From positions 1 through 61,912 of the forward strand of contig NZBM01000008.1 of the NCBI GenBank assembly GCA_002687905.1: 61,912 nucleotides of DNA. The letters run 5' to 3'. How positions within the stretch are numbered: position 1 is the first letter of the stretch; each line of letters starts with the position of its first letter. Source of the DNA: a bacterium (GTDB taxonomy: Bacteria; Patescibacteriota; Minisyncoccia; Phycocordibacterales; JABMNX01). The notes below the pieces were generated by a model, which made no database searches, was not told the DNA's origin, and saw only the letters and a program-made list of their open reading frames with translations. Below are positions 9,005 to 19,046 of this stretch, in pieces. A program made the position numbers and the translations under genes.

Positions 9005-10345
9005 ATGAAGACTTTAATAAAAACCTTAGAAGGTTTTGCCATAGCTCCACCGGTAGTACTCACACCAATTTTGTTGGCACTTCTGTATGCTTCCTACAGG
9101 ATAGTTCCAGAATTTGTAGAGGCTACTTTTAGATCAATTTTTGTCTTATCTCCGATATGGCTTCCAGTTGTATTTGTAATAGTTTTCTGGAAAATATGGG
9201 TTCCTTATATTCGTTCATATTTGGAGTTTTATGGTCAGGAAAAGATTTTGCTTGAGGTTCGTATACCTCGGGAAGTTGTAAAGTCACCCCTTGCAATGGA
9301 GACGATAATAACTAATTTGCATGCGGGTTTTGGAGAGACGAGTTTTATAGACCGGTATGTTACAGGAAAAACCCGTGCCTGGTTTTCTCTTGAAATAGTT
9401 TCTATAGAAGGAGAAATACATTTTTATATTTGGACACGAAAATTCCTTAAAAATTTTATCGAGGCTCAGATATATGGCCAATATCCTGATATGGAAGTAA
9501 AGGAAGTAAACGACTATGCTTCTGAATTCTCATATGATAAAGAGAAATACAGTCTCTTCGGGTGTGATCTTCAATTAACAGATTTAGATGCATATCCAAT
9601 AAAGACATATGTTGACTATGGTCTTTCAGATGATCCTAAAGAGGAACTAAAAGTTGATCCAATGTCAGGGTTTTTTGAGTTTTTAAGTAAGATGGGACCA
9701 GGGGAGCAGATTTGGCTTCAGATGATTATTAGAGTTAATAAAGGGGATCGCCCTGAAGATAAAATATTTAAACCCGGATTTCCATTTGGCACTACTACAA
9801 CATGGAAAGATGAAGCCAAAAGTGAAATAGAAAAAATAAGAAAAGAAGCAACACCGGAAGTGCCAGATTTTAATGATCCAACAAAAGTTACGAGAGGATT
9901 TCCAAATCCAACGCCCGGGCAAGTTGAAAAACTGAAGGCAATAGATAGAACGCTTGGGAAAATTCCCTTTGATACGGGTATGCGTGTAATTTATCTTGCG
10001 AAAAAAGATAATTTCAATGGTGCAAATATTCCATCTCTACTGTTGTCATTCAGACAATTAAGTGCTCCAAATCATAACTCAATTGGGCCTGTAAGGTGGC
10101 ATATAATGTTTGATTATCCTTGGCAGGATTTTCGTGGTCTCAGAGAAGAACGTATGAGAAGAAGGCTGGCAGATGCTTACAGAAGGAGAGCCTGGTTTCA
10201 TTCACCGTATAAAACAAAATCATTTATTATGAGTGCTGAAGAATTAGCAACAATATTTCATTTCCCGGGAGCAGTGTCAGAGGCGCCTTCACTTCCTAGA
10301 ATAACTTCAAGGCGCGGAGAAGCTCCGGCGAATTTGCCAACGTAA
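9005..10345 (+). CDS. conserved hypothetical membrane protein resembling the N-terminal region of CPR VirD4/TraG-like proteins
   Basis: FSLEIVSIEGEIHFYI, YPIKTY, EELATIFHFP motifs; no ATPase domain. Confidence 0.6.
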   Translation: MKTLIKTLEGFAIAPPVVLTPILLALLYASYRIVPEFVEATFRSIFVLSPIWLPVVFVIVFWKIWVPYIRSYLEFYGQEKILLEVRIPREVVKSPLAMETIITNLHAGFGETSFIDRYVTGKTRAWFSLEIVSIEGEIHFYIWTRKFLKNFIEAQIYGQYPDMEVKEVNDYASEFSYDKEKYSLFGCDLQLTDLDAYPIKTYVDYGLSDDPKEELKVDPMSGFFEFLSKMGPGEQIWLQMIIRVNKGDRPEDKIFKPGFPFGTTTTWKDEAKSEIEKIRKEATPEVPDFNDPTKVTRGFPNPTPGQVEKLKAIDRTLGKIPFDTGMRVIYLAKKDNFNGANIPSLLLSFRQLSAPNHNSIGPVRWHIMFDYPWQDFRGLREERMRRRLADAYRRRAWFHSPYKTKSFIMSAEELATIFHFPGAVSEAPSLPRITSRRGEAPANLPT

Positions 10346-10346
10346 T

Positions 10347-11357
10347 ATGGATCAGCTGATTAAAACTAATGTCGGTCTTGCTCAAAATAGAGCGAAAGAC
10401 TGGTTAAGTAATGATAGAAATCGCTACCTAACGATAGGTTTTGTTGTGCTTGGTGTGGTCTCTTTTTTCCATGTCCTCTTTCTTAGTGCACCGACCGGTT
10501 TTCCAATACAGAGCACTATAAAGATTGAAGAAGGAACAACATTGGGACAAATAGTTGATCAGTTTAAGGAAGATAAGTTGATTCGCTCTCCATTTCTAAT
10601 GAAGGCATTTGTTGTAATTCTTGGTGGAGATAGAAACGTAATGGCAGGCGATTACTATATGGGGGTAAAACAAAATGTAATGGCGATTGCAAGGAGAGTT
10701 ACGTCAGGTGCCTTTGCGTTTGATCCTATCGCGATAAGTGTTCCCGAGGGAGCAACAATAAGCGATATGTCAATAATATTCTCTCGCCGACTACCTGAGT
10801 TTGATGAAAGAAGATTCCTGTCAATAGCAGAAGATGAGGAAGGTTATCTATTCCCTGATACGTATTTCTTTTTGCCAAATACAACTGACGTTCAGGTAGT
10901 AGATGTAATGCGTGAGACTTTTAAGAAGCGAATTGAAAGTATATCTGAAGAAATAGAGGCATTTGGCAAATCGGTGGAAGATATAATTATAATGGCCTCT
11001 ATCTTAGAGAAGGAAGCGCGAAGACTTCAGACAAAAAAGAAGATATCCGGAATCTTATGGAAAAGAATATCTATAGGTATGCCACTTCAAGTTGATGCTG
11101 TATTTCCTTACATAATAGGTAAAAATACATTTGAACTTACATTAGAGGACTTGAGAAATGAGTCTCCATACAATACGTATGTACATAAAGGACTTCCACC
11201 AACTCCGATAGCAAATCCTGGCCTTAACTCTATACTTGCAGCGGTAACTCCAATCGAGAGTAATTATTTGTTTTATTTAGCAGACAGAGATGGAATTACT
11301 CACTACAGCGCGACTTTTGAAGAGCATAAGAGAAAGAAAAGACTTTATCTAAACTAG
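10347..11357 (+). CDS. mltG: endolytic transglycosylase MltG
   Basis: EGYLFPDTY, ASILEKE, SPYNTY..GLPPTPIANPG. Confidence 0.95.
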   Translation: MDQLIKTNVGLAQNRAKDWLSNDRNRYLTIGFVVLGVVSFFHVLFLSAPTGFPIQSTIKIEEGTTLGQIVDQFKEDKLIRSPFLMKAFVVILGGDRNVMAGDYYMGVKQNVMAIARRVTSGAFAFDPIAISVPEGATISDMSIIFSRRLPEFDERRFLSIAEDEEGYLFPDTYFFLPNTTDVQVVDVMRETFKKRIESISEEIEAFGKSVEDIIIMASILEKEARRLQTKKKISGILWKRISIGMPLQVDAVFPYIIGKNTFELTLEDLRNESPYNTYVHKGLPPTPIANPGLNSILAAVTPIESNYLFYLADRDGITHYSATFEEHKRKKRLYLN

Positions 11358-11392
11358 CTTGTAATAATAGACTTAATAAGTTATCTAAAGGC

Positions 11393-12442
11393 ATGGCTAA
11401 AGATGCTAAAACTGTTTTTGTTGGATTAAGTGGGGGAGTTGATTCCTCGGTAGCGGCAGGACTCCTTAAAGATGCCGGTTATAAGGTTGAGGGAGTTTTT
11501 ATCAAGGTGTGGCGACCGCCTTTTTTGAAGTGCTCGTGGAGTGACGACAGGTTGGACGCTATGCGGGTTTGCGCTCATCTTGAAATCCCTTTTCGTGATC
11601 TAGATCTAAGCGGTGAGTACAAGAGTGAAGTAGTTGATTATATGGTTTCAGAGTATAAGAGGGGCAGAACCCCAAATCCTGATGTAATGTGTAATAAACA
11701 CATTAAGTTTGGAAAATTTCTTGATTATGCAAAAAGAGAAGGAGCGGAATATGTTGCAACAGGTCACTATGCAAGAGTGGAAAAGAGAGGTGGTGAATTT
11801 ATATTAAAAAAAGGAAAGGATGAAAATAAAGATCAGTCATATTTCTTATGGACGTTAGGAAAAGACGAACTTGAAAATGTATGGTTTCCGATAGGGGATT
11901 ATAAAAAATCAGAAACAAGAAAATTGGCAGAGAAATTTGGACTTCCAACTGCAAGTAAAAAAGAGAGCCAAGGACTTTGCTTTTTGGGTGAGATTGATTT
12001 GAAGGAGTTTTTAGGTGAATTTATGGAGTTAAAATCCGGAGATGTTCTTGATGAGGATGGTAACAAAATCGGTGCTCACGACGGAGCGATAATTTATACA
12101 GTAGGACAAAGGCATGGATTTAGGGTTAAGAGTGAGAAAGGATCTCCCCATTATGTTATTTCTCGTGATATGTCCAAAAATACTATTACGGTTTCAACAA
12201 AGCCGCCCACTTTAGACATAAAAGATTCTTATAAACTTGAAGACATAAACTGGATAAGTGGTAACCCCAAAGAAGATTACACATATTTTGCTAGGATTCG
12301 TCATCAAGGGAGTTTAATACCCTGTAACATTATAGATAGTAATAAAGTAAAGTTTCTATCAAAAGTGGATTCTCTAGCCGCTGGTCAGTCGTTGGTTCTT
12401 TATGTCAATGAGTTGTGTATTGGTGGAGGGGTAATAGAATAG
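11393..12442 (+). CDS. mnmA: tRNA 2-thiouridine(34) synthase MnmA
   Basis: SGGVDSS, TPNPDVMCN, ATGHY, KDQSYFL, SQGLCF. Confidence 0.97.
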   Translation: MAKDAKTVFVGLSGGVDSSVAAGLLKDAGYKVEGVFIKVWRPPFLKCSWSDDRLDAMRVCAHLEIPFRDLDLSGEYKSEVVDYMVSEYKRGRTPNPDVMCNKHIKFGKFLDYAKREGAEYVATGHYARVEKRGGEFILKKGKDENKDQSYFLWTLGKDELENVWFPIGDYKKSETRKLAEKFGLPTASKKESQGLCFLGEIDLKEFLGEFMELKSGDVLDEDGNKIGAHDGAIIYTVGQRHGFRVKSEKGSPHYVISRDMSKNTITVSTKPPTLDIKDSYKLEDINWISGNPKEDYTYFARIRHQGSLIPCNIIDSNKVKFLSKVDSLAAGQSLVLYVNELCIGGGVIE

Positions 12443-12463
12443 AAGCGTGGTAATATATTTCAA

Positions 12464-12895
12464 ATGAAGAAATTGCTCGAAGATCAAAAGACTTTAATAT
12501 CAGTTGCTGTCCTTGTCCTTGTTGCGGTATTTGTTTATGTCTCAATAGATAGAATTCCTATTGAAAGTCTAACAAAAGGAAATGGAGAAGGCATTGTTGC
12601 AAAGCATTTCTATGATGGAAAGGTTCATAAAGTTGTTGGGACAGTTGATTTACCAACTCCTTGTCATTATTTAGAAACGAAGATAGCCGTGGCAGAAAGT
12701 TTTCCCGAACAAGTTACGATTCTACTTACTCCAATGTCAAACTCTGAAATGTGCGCGCAAGTAATAACTGAGCAGACTTTTATAGCTTCGTTTGCGGCAG
12801 ACGGGCGAGCGAGCATTTCAACAAAACTGAATGGAGAAAACGTACCACTTGAGCTTGTTGAAGTTGAGTCAGACAGAGACTTGGAGACTTTCTAA
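12464..12895 (+). CDS. hypothetical membrane-anchored protein
   Basis: N-terminal TM; LPTPCH and CAQVIT Cys pair. Confidence 0.7.
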   Translation: MKKLLEDQKTLISVAVLVLVAVFVYVSIDRIPIESLTKGNGEGIVAKHFYDGKVHKVVGTVDLPTPCHYLETKIAVAESFPEQVTILLTPMSNSEMCAQVITEQTFIASFAADGRASISTKLNGENVPLELVEVESDRDLETF

Positions 12896-12910
12896 TGAAA
12901 ATGCAAAAAC

Positions 12911-13750
12911 ATGCTAATTACAAAAGCTAATGGAGAGCAGGAAGAGTTTGACGATAATAAATTAAAACAATCACTTAAGCGTTCTGGAGCAGAGAAGAGA
13001 GTTGCTGACTATATTACCGAGCATGTTGTCTCTGAGCTAAAGGATGGAATGTCTACAGAACAAATCTATAGCCACGCTTTTGATTTACTAAAAAAAGAAG
13101 AGCAAGATCCTGCGGCAGCCAGGTATTCTCTTAAAAGGGCGGTGCTTGATCTAGGACCAAGTGGTTTCTCTTTTGAGGATTTTGTTTCAGAGATTTATAG
13201 AGAAAAAGGCTACAAAGTTATGACTGGAACAATGGTGGATGGTAAGTGTGCTAGTCACGAAGTAGATATTCTGGCCCACTCAAAAGATCATACATTTGCA
13301 GGAGAGATAAAATTTCATAATAAACTTGGTTTTAAGACTGGTTTAAGAGTGGCGCTTTATGTGTTTGCAAGATTCGATGACCTTAGGAACAATAGAGATA
13401 ATCACGAAGAGGATTACAAAATTGATGATGGATTCCTTATTACAAATACAAAATTCACCAAAAACGCTGAAAAATATGCAAAATGCGTAGGACTTTCTTT
13501 AACCGGGTGGAATTACCCAGAAAAAGGAGGACTTCAAGATTTAATAGAGGAGACGTCCCTACATCCAATTACATGTCTTACGTCTCTTTCAAATGAGGAG
13601 AAAAAGAAACTTCTTGATAATAAACTAGTGCTTTGTAGGTCCATTAAAGGAAATCACAAAGTGCTCCTTAAGCACGGAATATCGCCCGATAGAGCCCAGA
13701 ATATTATAAAAGAGGCTTCGGTCTTGTGCCAACCTGGCACTGGGGTGTAA
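12911..13750 (+). CDS. ATP-cone domain plus Mrr-like restriction endonuclease domain protein
   Basis: N-terminal ITKANGEQEEFDDNKL; FE...EVDI...EIKFH...LITNTKFT. Confidence 0.8.
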   Translation: MLITKANGEQEEFDDNKLKQSLKRSGAEKRVADYITEHVVSELKDGMSTEQIYSHAFDLLKKEEQDPAAARYSLKRAVLDLGPSGFSFEDFVSEIYREKGYKVMTGTMVDGKCASHEVDILAHSKDHTFAGEIKFHNKLGFKTGLRVALYVFARFDDLRNNRDNHEEDYKIDDGFLITNTKFTKNAEKYAKCVGLSLTGWNYPEKGGLQDLIEETSLHPITCLTSLSNEEKKKLLDNKLVLCRSIKGNHKVLLKHGISPDRAQNIIKEASVLCQPGTGV

Positions 13751-13761
13751 AATGCGCCCAT

Positions 13762-14274
13762 ATGGAATTTATACACACACAGACTTTTAGAGTCACAACA
13801 GCTTTTATTATAGGTCTAGTAGTCGGGGGTAGCGGGGTTTGGGCACTTTTTGCTAAAAAAGTGGAAGCTCCAGAGGAACAGACAGCAGCAGTAGTAGAGG
13901 TAATAAATGAACCAATAGTTGGGTTAGTTGATACAACGCCAAGCACAGAGTTAAGTAAAAACCCAGCAATTCACGTAAGTAATCAATCATCTGGCGATAG
14001 CGTAATTATTGAAAAAGTAGTTCTTGAAGAAGACGGTTGGGTAGTAATCCACGAAGGAACGGAAAGCAGTATTGGAAATGCACTTGGCGCTACAAGGCTT
14101 GATGCGGGGGAGCACCAGACAACAGTTGAACTTCTTCGCGCAACGGAGGCAGGAAACATTTACAGAGCTGTACTTTATAGAGACAGTGGGGACAGGGCTT
14201 TTGGTCTGGATAAAGATTTCCCAGTAATTGATTCGAGTGGGGGCCCTGTAATGACAATGTTTGTAATAAATTAG
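13762..14274 (+). CDS. hypothetical membrane-anchored protein
   Basis: TM anchor; GWVVIHE and YRDSGD beta-rich domain. Confidence 0.7.
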   Translation: MEFIHTQTFRVTTAFIIGLVVGGSGVWALFAKKVEAPEEQTAAVVEVINEPIVGLVDTTPSTELSKNPAIHVSNQSSGDSVIIEKVVLEEDGWVVIHEGTESSIGNALGATRLDAGEHQTTVELLRATEAGNIYRAVLYRDSGDRAFGLDKDFPVIDSSGGPVMTMFVIN

Positions 14275-14763
14275 ATGGAAGTATTCGTACCAAGTTCAAC
14301 ACTAATAGTATTTGGTCAATTGCTATTGGCTATGCTCCTTGGAATGCTCCTTGGTACAGAGCGTTCAGTTCTTGCTGGAAAGCGTGCCGGGACTAGAACT
14401 TTTGCGCTTGTTTCAATGGGGTCGTGCCTCTTCACTATAGTTTCAGTAATTGTAACTACTAGCTATATCGGAATAGCAAACTTTGACCCAATGCGGCTAT
14501 CTGCGGGCATTATCACTGGAGTAGGCTTTCTTGGCGCTGGAGTAATAATTTTCCGCGACGATATGCTAAAAGGACTCACCACTGCGGCCGGGCTTTGGGT
14601 TTCGGCAGCTATTGGAGTTGCGGTAGGTTTTGGACTATACATAATTGCGATATTTACGACACTTTTGACACTTTTGGTGTTCACAGCCATTTGGTTTATA
14701 GAAGACCATTTAAAGGAATGGACCGAAAAGTTTCCTCATATTGGAAAGAAAGAGGAGGAATAG
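14275..14763 (+). CDS. MgtC/SapB family protein
   Basis: GTER, AGTRTF, GVGFLGAGVI, GLTTAAGLW. Confidence 0.93.
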   Translation: MEVFVPSSTLIVFGQLLLAMLLGMLLGTERSVLAGKRAGTRTFALVSMGSCLFTIVSVIVTTSYIGIANFDPMRLSAGIITGVGFLGAGVIIFRDDMLKGLTTAAGLWVSAAIGVAVGFGLYIIAIFTTLLTLLVFTAIWFIEDHLKEWTEKFPHIGKKEEE

Positions 14764-14784
14764 TGGTTGTGCTATACTCAGCCG

Positions 14785-15567
14785 ATGGCAGTATATAACC
14801 CAGATCGCGGGAGTACGTGGAACTATGGAGGTGCAAAATGGCGGCTCTCTCGCTCAAAAATAGACTTTTTCATTGAGTGTCCTCGATGCTTTTATTTAGA
14901 TAACAAACTTGGAACAAAGCGTCCTCCTGGGTATCCGCTAACGCTAAATGTGGCGGTAGACACTCTTTTAAAGAAGGAATTTGATATACATCGAAAAGCT
15001 AAAAGCTCGCATCCTTTAATGGAGCAGTATGGAATAGACGCAGTTCCTTTTGAGCACAAAGATATTGATTTATGGCGAGACAATTTTAAAGGCATTGAGT
15101 ACAAGCACGAGTCGACGGGCTTTACGGTCTCTGGTGCCGTGGATGATGTTTGGGTTAAACCAAATGGAGAATTAATAATTGTTGACTATAAAGCAACAAG
15201 CAAAGAAGGTGAGGTAAATTTAGATGCCCCATGGCAAGATGGATATAAAAGACAAATGGAGGTCTACCAGTGGCTTTTTAGACAAAACGGATTTGAAGTT
15301 TCAGACACAGGATATTTTGTATATGTAAATGGAGATACTGATAAGGAAGCGTTTGACGGGAAGCTTGAATTTGATGTTAAAGTTCTTCCGTATACTGGAA
15401 ATGGTGACTGGATTGAAAAGACACTTTTAGATATTAAAAAATGTCTTGATAGCAATTCAATCCCAGAGAAAGGTGAGTTTTGCGAGTATTGTCCGTATAG
15501 AGAAGTGTCCGGGAAAAAATTACAAAGGTTATATCTTGAGAGTAAAGAGGATCCCAAGCTTTTCTAA
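14785..15567 (+). CDS. PD-(D/E)XK nuclease family protein (Cas4/AddB-like)
   Basis: LSRS..CPRCFY, GAVDD, IVDYK, QMEVY, C-terminal CEYC. Confidence 0.88.
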   Translation: MAVYNPDRGSTWNYGGAKWRLSRSKIDFFIECPRCFYLDNKLGTKRPPGYPLTLNVAVDTLLKKEFDIHRKAKSSHPLMEQYGIDAVPFEHKDIDLWRDNFKGIEYKHESTGFTVSGAVDDVWVKPNGELIIVDYKATSKEGEVNLDAPWQDGYKRQMEVYQWLFRQNGFEVSDTGYFVYVNGDTDKEAFDGKLEFDVKVLPYTGNGDWIEKTLLDIKKCLDSNSIPEKGEFCEYCPYREVSGKKLQRLYLESKEDPKLF

Positions 15568-15568
15568 T

Positions 15569-15817
15569 ATGTTTAAAGATAGAGTTATAAAAATAGTAAG
15601 AGATATACCAAAAGGGAAAACTCTTACTTATAAAGAGGTCGCAGCACTTGCAGGTTCCCCAAACGCATCGCGTGCGGTGGGAAATATAATGAAAGGAAAT
15701 CTGGACAAAGACGTGCTGTGTCACAGAGTTGTAAAGTCAGACGGCACAACTGGCGGATATAATCGCGGAAAGGACGCAAAAAAGAGAAAACTTCGCGAGG
15801 AGGGAGCGATAAAATGA
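15569..15817 (+). CDS. MGMT-family DNA alkylation repair protein (DNA-binding/active-site domain only)
   Basis: IPKGKTLTYKEVA, RAVG, LCHRVV. Confidence 0.85.
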   Translation: MFKDRVIKIVRDIPKGKTLTYKEVAALAGSPNASRAVGNIMKGNLDKDVLCHRVVKSDGTTGGYNRGKDAKKRKLREEGAIK

Positions 15818-16407
15818 GTAAAACTGACGAGATGAAGAAAGTTCGCGACGAGGTTGTCGGACTCACTGCTTCACCGCTCTATGTTTATCGTAAAGAAAGT
15901 GGCAATTTACCTGTGATAGGCGAGGGGAATCACGACGCAAATATTTTATTTGTAGGAGAAGCACCAGGACGAAATGAAGCAAAGACAGGCAGACCTTTTT
16001 GCGGAGCCGCCGGAAAAATATTAGACGAACTGTTAGAGTCTATAGGAGTGGCTAGAGAATCTGTTTATATTACAAATATAGTGAAAGACAGACCGCCTGA
16101 AAACAGAGACCCGTCGCCATCTGAGATTGAAATATATGGCCCGTTTCTTGATAGGCAGATTGAAATAATTGAGCCTAAAGTAATAGCTCCGCTTGGACGT
16201 TACGCTATGGGTTATATAATGGAAAAGTTCGATTTGGGAGCAGAACTAGAACCAATAAGTGTGGCTCATGGGAAATTGTACAAAACCGGTTCACTTTTTG
16301 GTGAGATGACAATCTCGCCAATGTATCACCCAGCTGCAGCAATTTATACAAGAGCTCTTAAAGATACACTGCTTGAGGATTTTAAAATACTTAAACAATT
16401 TAGATGA
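15814..16407 (+). CDS. uracil-DNA glycosylase family 4
   Basis: VGEAPG, GRPFCGAAG, RPPENR, YHPAA. Confidence 0.93.
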   Translation: MSKTDEMKKVRDEVVGLTASPLYVYRKESGNLPVIGEGNHDANILFVGEAPGRNEAKTGRPFCGAAGKILDELLESIGVARESVYITNIVKDRPPENRDPSPSEIEIYGPFLDRQIEIIEPKVIAPLGRYAMGYIMEKFDLGAELEPISVAHGKLYKTGSLFGEMTISPMYHPAAAIYTRALKDTLLEDFKILKQFR

Positions 16408-16976
16408 AATATACAGAGAGGATAGAAAAAGCAATACAAACCGCATCAACTCTTCATAGGAATCAAAAAAGGAAGAGTGATAAGGAATTACCTTACGTAT
16501 CGCACCTATTTTCTGTAGCAACAATACTTTCAGAACATACGGACGATGAGGACGTAATTGTTGCTGGGTTTCTACATGACGCGATAGAGGATACAGAGTA
16601 TACGAAAAAAGAGTTAGAAAAAGACTTTGGAAAAAAGGTTACAGAAATTGTTCTTGATGTTAGTGAGGACAATATAAGGGATGGAAAAGTGAGGCCTTGG
16701 AAAGATAGAAAAGAAAGATATATAAAACACTTAAAGGTAGCATCAGAGGACGCACTTCTGGTTTCGACCGCAGATAAGCTCCATAATCTTCATTCGATCA
16801 TTAATGAATGTGAGAAGGTGGGGAATAAATTTTTGGAAAAACTATCGACTGGTCCAGAAGAACAAATATGGTTTAATGAATCAGTACTTGAAGTTCTAAA
16901 AAAGCGAATAGATAACAAGTTGGTAGATAAGTTTGAGGAAGAGGTGATAAAATTCAAAGAATTAGCTTTAAAGTAG
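16404..16976 (+). CDS. HD-domain protein (small alarmone hydrolase/Mesh1-like)
   Basis: HRNQKRK, PYVSH, LHDAIED, ADKLHN. Confidence 0.88.
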   Translation: MKYTERIEKAIQTASTLHRNQKRKSDKELPYVSHLFSVATILSEHTDDEDVIVAGFLHDAIEDTEYTKKELEKDFGKKVTEIVLDVSEDNIRDGKVRPWKDRKERYIKHLKVASEDALLVSTADKLHNLHSIINECEKVGNKFLEKLSTGPEEQIWFNESVLEVLKKRIDNKLVDKFEEEVIKFKELALK

Positions 16977-16977
16977 T

Positions 16978-17400
16978 ATGTGGCTTTTCTACGCATTTCT
17001 TTCAGCAATAGCGGCAGCGGCGGTTGCTATCTTTGCAAAGCTTGGTCTTGAGGACTTAGATTCAACTCTTGCGACCACAATTCGTGCCATCATTATGGCT
17101 GGTTTTTTGGTCCTTGTAAGCGTGTTTTTGAAAAAATTTGACGGCTTTTCCTTGACTAGTCTTGGCTCAAAGGAGTGGCTTTTAATATTTGCTGCAGGTA
17201 TAGCAGGAGCTCTGTCATGGCTCTTTTATTTCTTTGCTCTAAAGGCGGGTATTGCAACAGGCGTAGTAGCGATAGATCGGCTAAGTATAGTCTTTGTTGT
17301 ATTTCTAGCAGCGCTTTTCTTGGGAGAGACGCTTGGCTGGCAGGCGGTGGTAGGAGCACTTCTAATGGTTGGAGGTGCGCTTTTAATTACACTTCGTTAA
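16978..17400 (+). CDS. EamA/DMT family small transporter
   Basis: AIFAKLG, ATTIR, VVAIDRLS motifs. Confidence 0.88.
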   Translation: MWLFYAFLSAIAAAAVAIFAKLGLEDLDSTLATTIRAIIMAGFLVLVSVFLKKFDGFSLTSLGSKEWLLIFAAGIAGALSWLFYFFALKAGIATGVVAIDRLSIVFVVFLAALFLGETLGWQAVVGALLMVGGALLITLR

Positions 17401-18663
17401 TTAAGAAATAAGAGGTAAGAGCTCTCTCTCCTTAATCTCCGGCCCAATTCCAGCAAGTCTGAAATTTTCTGGCCTGAGTAGCTTCTTTGCAAGTTCTTCA
17501 ACTTGCTCTTTTGTTACGGACTCAATTTTTCGCTTCTCCTCTTCAAAGTCGTCTGTTTTTCTATAGAAAAGCTCGTTGTAGGCAAAGTGGTTTGCCACCT
17601 TCTCTGTATCTTCAGTCTCTAAGTCAATCTGACCCACAAGATATCCTTTTGCTTTCTCCAATTCCTTTTCACTAATTCCATTCTTAACTACGTCATCATA
17701 TTCATATCTAATTGCCTCAATTGCCTTTAATACATCTCCGAGTTTTACTCCTGCGCGAGTAGTGAGATAGCCGGTATCTGTAAATCCGTCTGTTTCGGTG
17801 TGTATTGAATAACTTAGTCCTTTTTCCTCTCTTACATTTTGGAACATCCTTGCAGACATGTTTCCACCTAATATGGCAGCTAAAACGCGCAGAGTAGGAT
17901 ATTCCTCACTTTGCTCAGACATAGCTCTAACACCGAAGTTTATATGGTACTGTTCGGTGTTTTTTTCTCGAATGGAATATTTTTTCTTTGCCAAATCAGG
18001 GTCAAAAGATACGTGCTCTCGATTTTTATCTCCGTCTTCAAACTGGAAGTATTTTTCTGCCTTATCTATATCTTTTTCATCAACAGCTCCCGCTATCGTG
18101 ATCACAATATTTTTTGGCACGTACAGGTCGTTCATATAATTTCTAAAATCCTGCTGTCTTACTGATTTTATGAATTCTTTTGTTCCAATTTGATCTCGCC
18201 CAAGTGGTTGGTCTCCAAAGATGAGGGACTCAATGTCCCACATTATCTGATACGTTGGTGTATCTTGATACATTGCCATTTCCTCAAGTATTACACCTCG
18301 CTCCTTTTCAATTTCCTCTGGAGGAAACTTTGCGTGAAGGAGCATATCACTTAATACATCAAGTGATATATCCAAGTTTACCTTTCCCGTTTTTACATAA
18401 TAGCCGACCTGCTCTTTTCCCGTAAACGCATTAAATTTTCCGCCCACAGCGTCCACTGACTCACTTACTGACTTTGGGGTAGGGAATTTCTTAGCACCTT
18501 TAAAGAACATATGCTCAAGGAAATGTGCAATTCCTGATATCTCCATCTCTTCATGTCTTGAGCCGGCGCCAGCAAGGACAAGCGTAGTTACTACGTTTGT
18601 ACCGGGCATCTCAACCGCCTGAATTCTTAAGCCATTTTTAAGTGTTCTTTTATGTAGCTTCAT
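17401..18663 (-). CDS. M16 family zinc peptidase
   Basis: GIAHFLEHMFFKG (HxxEH), NAFT, ERGVILEE, VREEKGLSY. Confidence 0.95.
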   Translation of the reverse strand: MKLHKRTLKNGLRIQAVEMPGTNVVTTLVLAGAGSRHEEMEISGIAHFLEHMFFKGAKKFPTPKSVSESVDAVGGKFNAFTGKEQVGYYVKTGKVNLDISLDVLSDMLLHAKFPPEEIEKERGVILEEMAMYQDTPTYQIMWDIESLIFGDQPLGRDQIGTKEFIKSVRQQDFRNYMNDLYVPKNIVITIAGAVDEKDIDKAEKYFQFEDGDKNREHVSFDPDLAKKKYSIREKNTEQYHINFGVRAMSEQSEEYPTLRVLAAILGGNMSARMFQNVREEKGLSYSIHTETDGFTDTGYLTTRAGVKLGDVLKAIEAIRYEYDDVVKNGISEKELEKAKGYLVGQIDLETEDTEKVANHFAYNELFYRKTDDFEEEKRKIESVTKEQVEELAKKLLRPENFRLAGIGPEIKERELLPLIS

Positions 18664-18715
18664 AAATGCAAATAGTAAGCTAAATCATAATAATTTCAAG
18701 AAAGCAAAATAACAG

Positions 18716-18757
18716 CCATTCTCCACTTCTACTCCATGGAGTAGAAGTGGAGAATGG
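18716..18757. repeat. 42-bp perfect palindrome (REP-like family A)
   Basis: CCATTCTCCACTTCTACTCCA/TGGAGTAGAAGTGGAGAATGG; homolog at 58003-58044. Confidence 0.85.
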
Positions 18758-18812
18758 GTTTTTTGTAAAGTCGTGATGATAAGTGTGAAATTAACGTGAT
18801 ATAACCACGCTA

Positions 18813-19034
18813 ATGGATTTACTTTTTTGGGGACTTACGCTTGGAGTCTTAGGAAAGGTTCTATTGGGTTTTACCGTGCTCTCTGTGCACTGGAAGATTG
18901 TAAAGGAGCATAAGATAGGTAAAGTAGTGTTGCGCGAGATTAGGAGAGAGCGCAACTTGGCTATTCTAGGTATTTTGTTTATTGTGGTTGGGTATCTGCT
19001 AGAGCTTTCGTTTTACGAATATATAGCGCTCTAG
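18813..19034 (+). CDS. small two-TM hypothetical protein
   Basis: ORF with two hydrophobic helices. Confidence 0.65.
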   Translation: MDLLFWGLTLGVLGKVLLGFTVLSVHWKIVKEHKIGKVVLREIRRERNLAILGILFIVVGYLLELSFYEYIAL

Positions 19035-19046
19035 AGATAGAGCACT

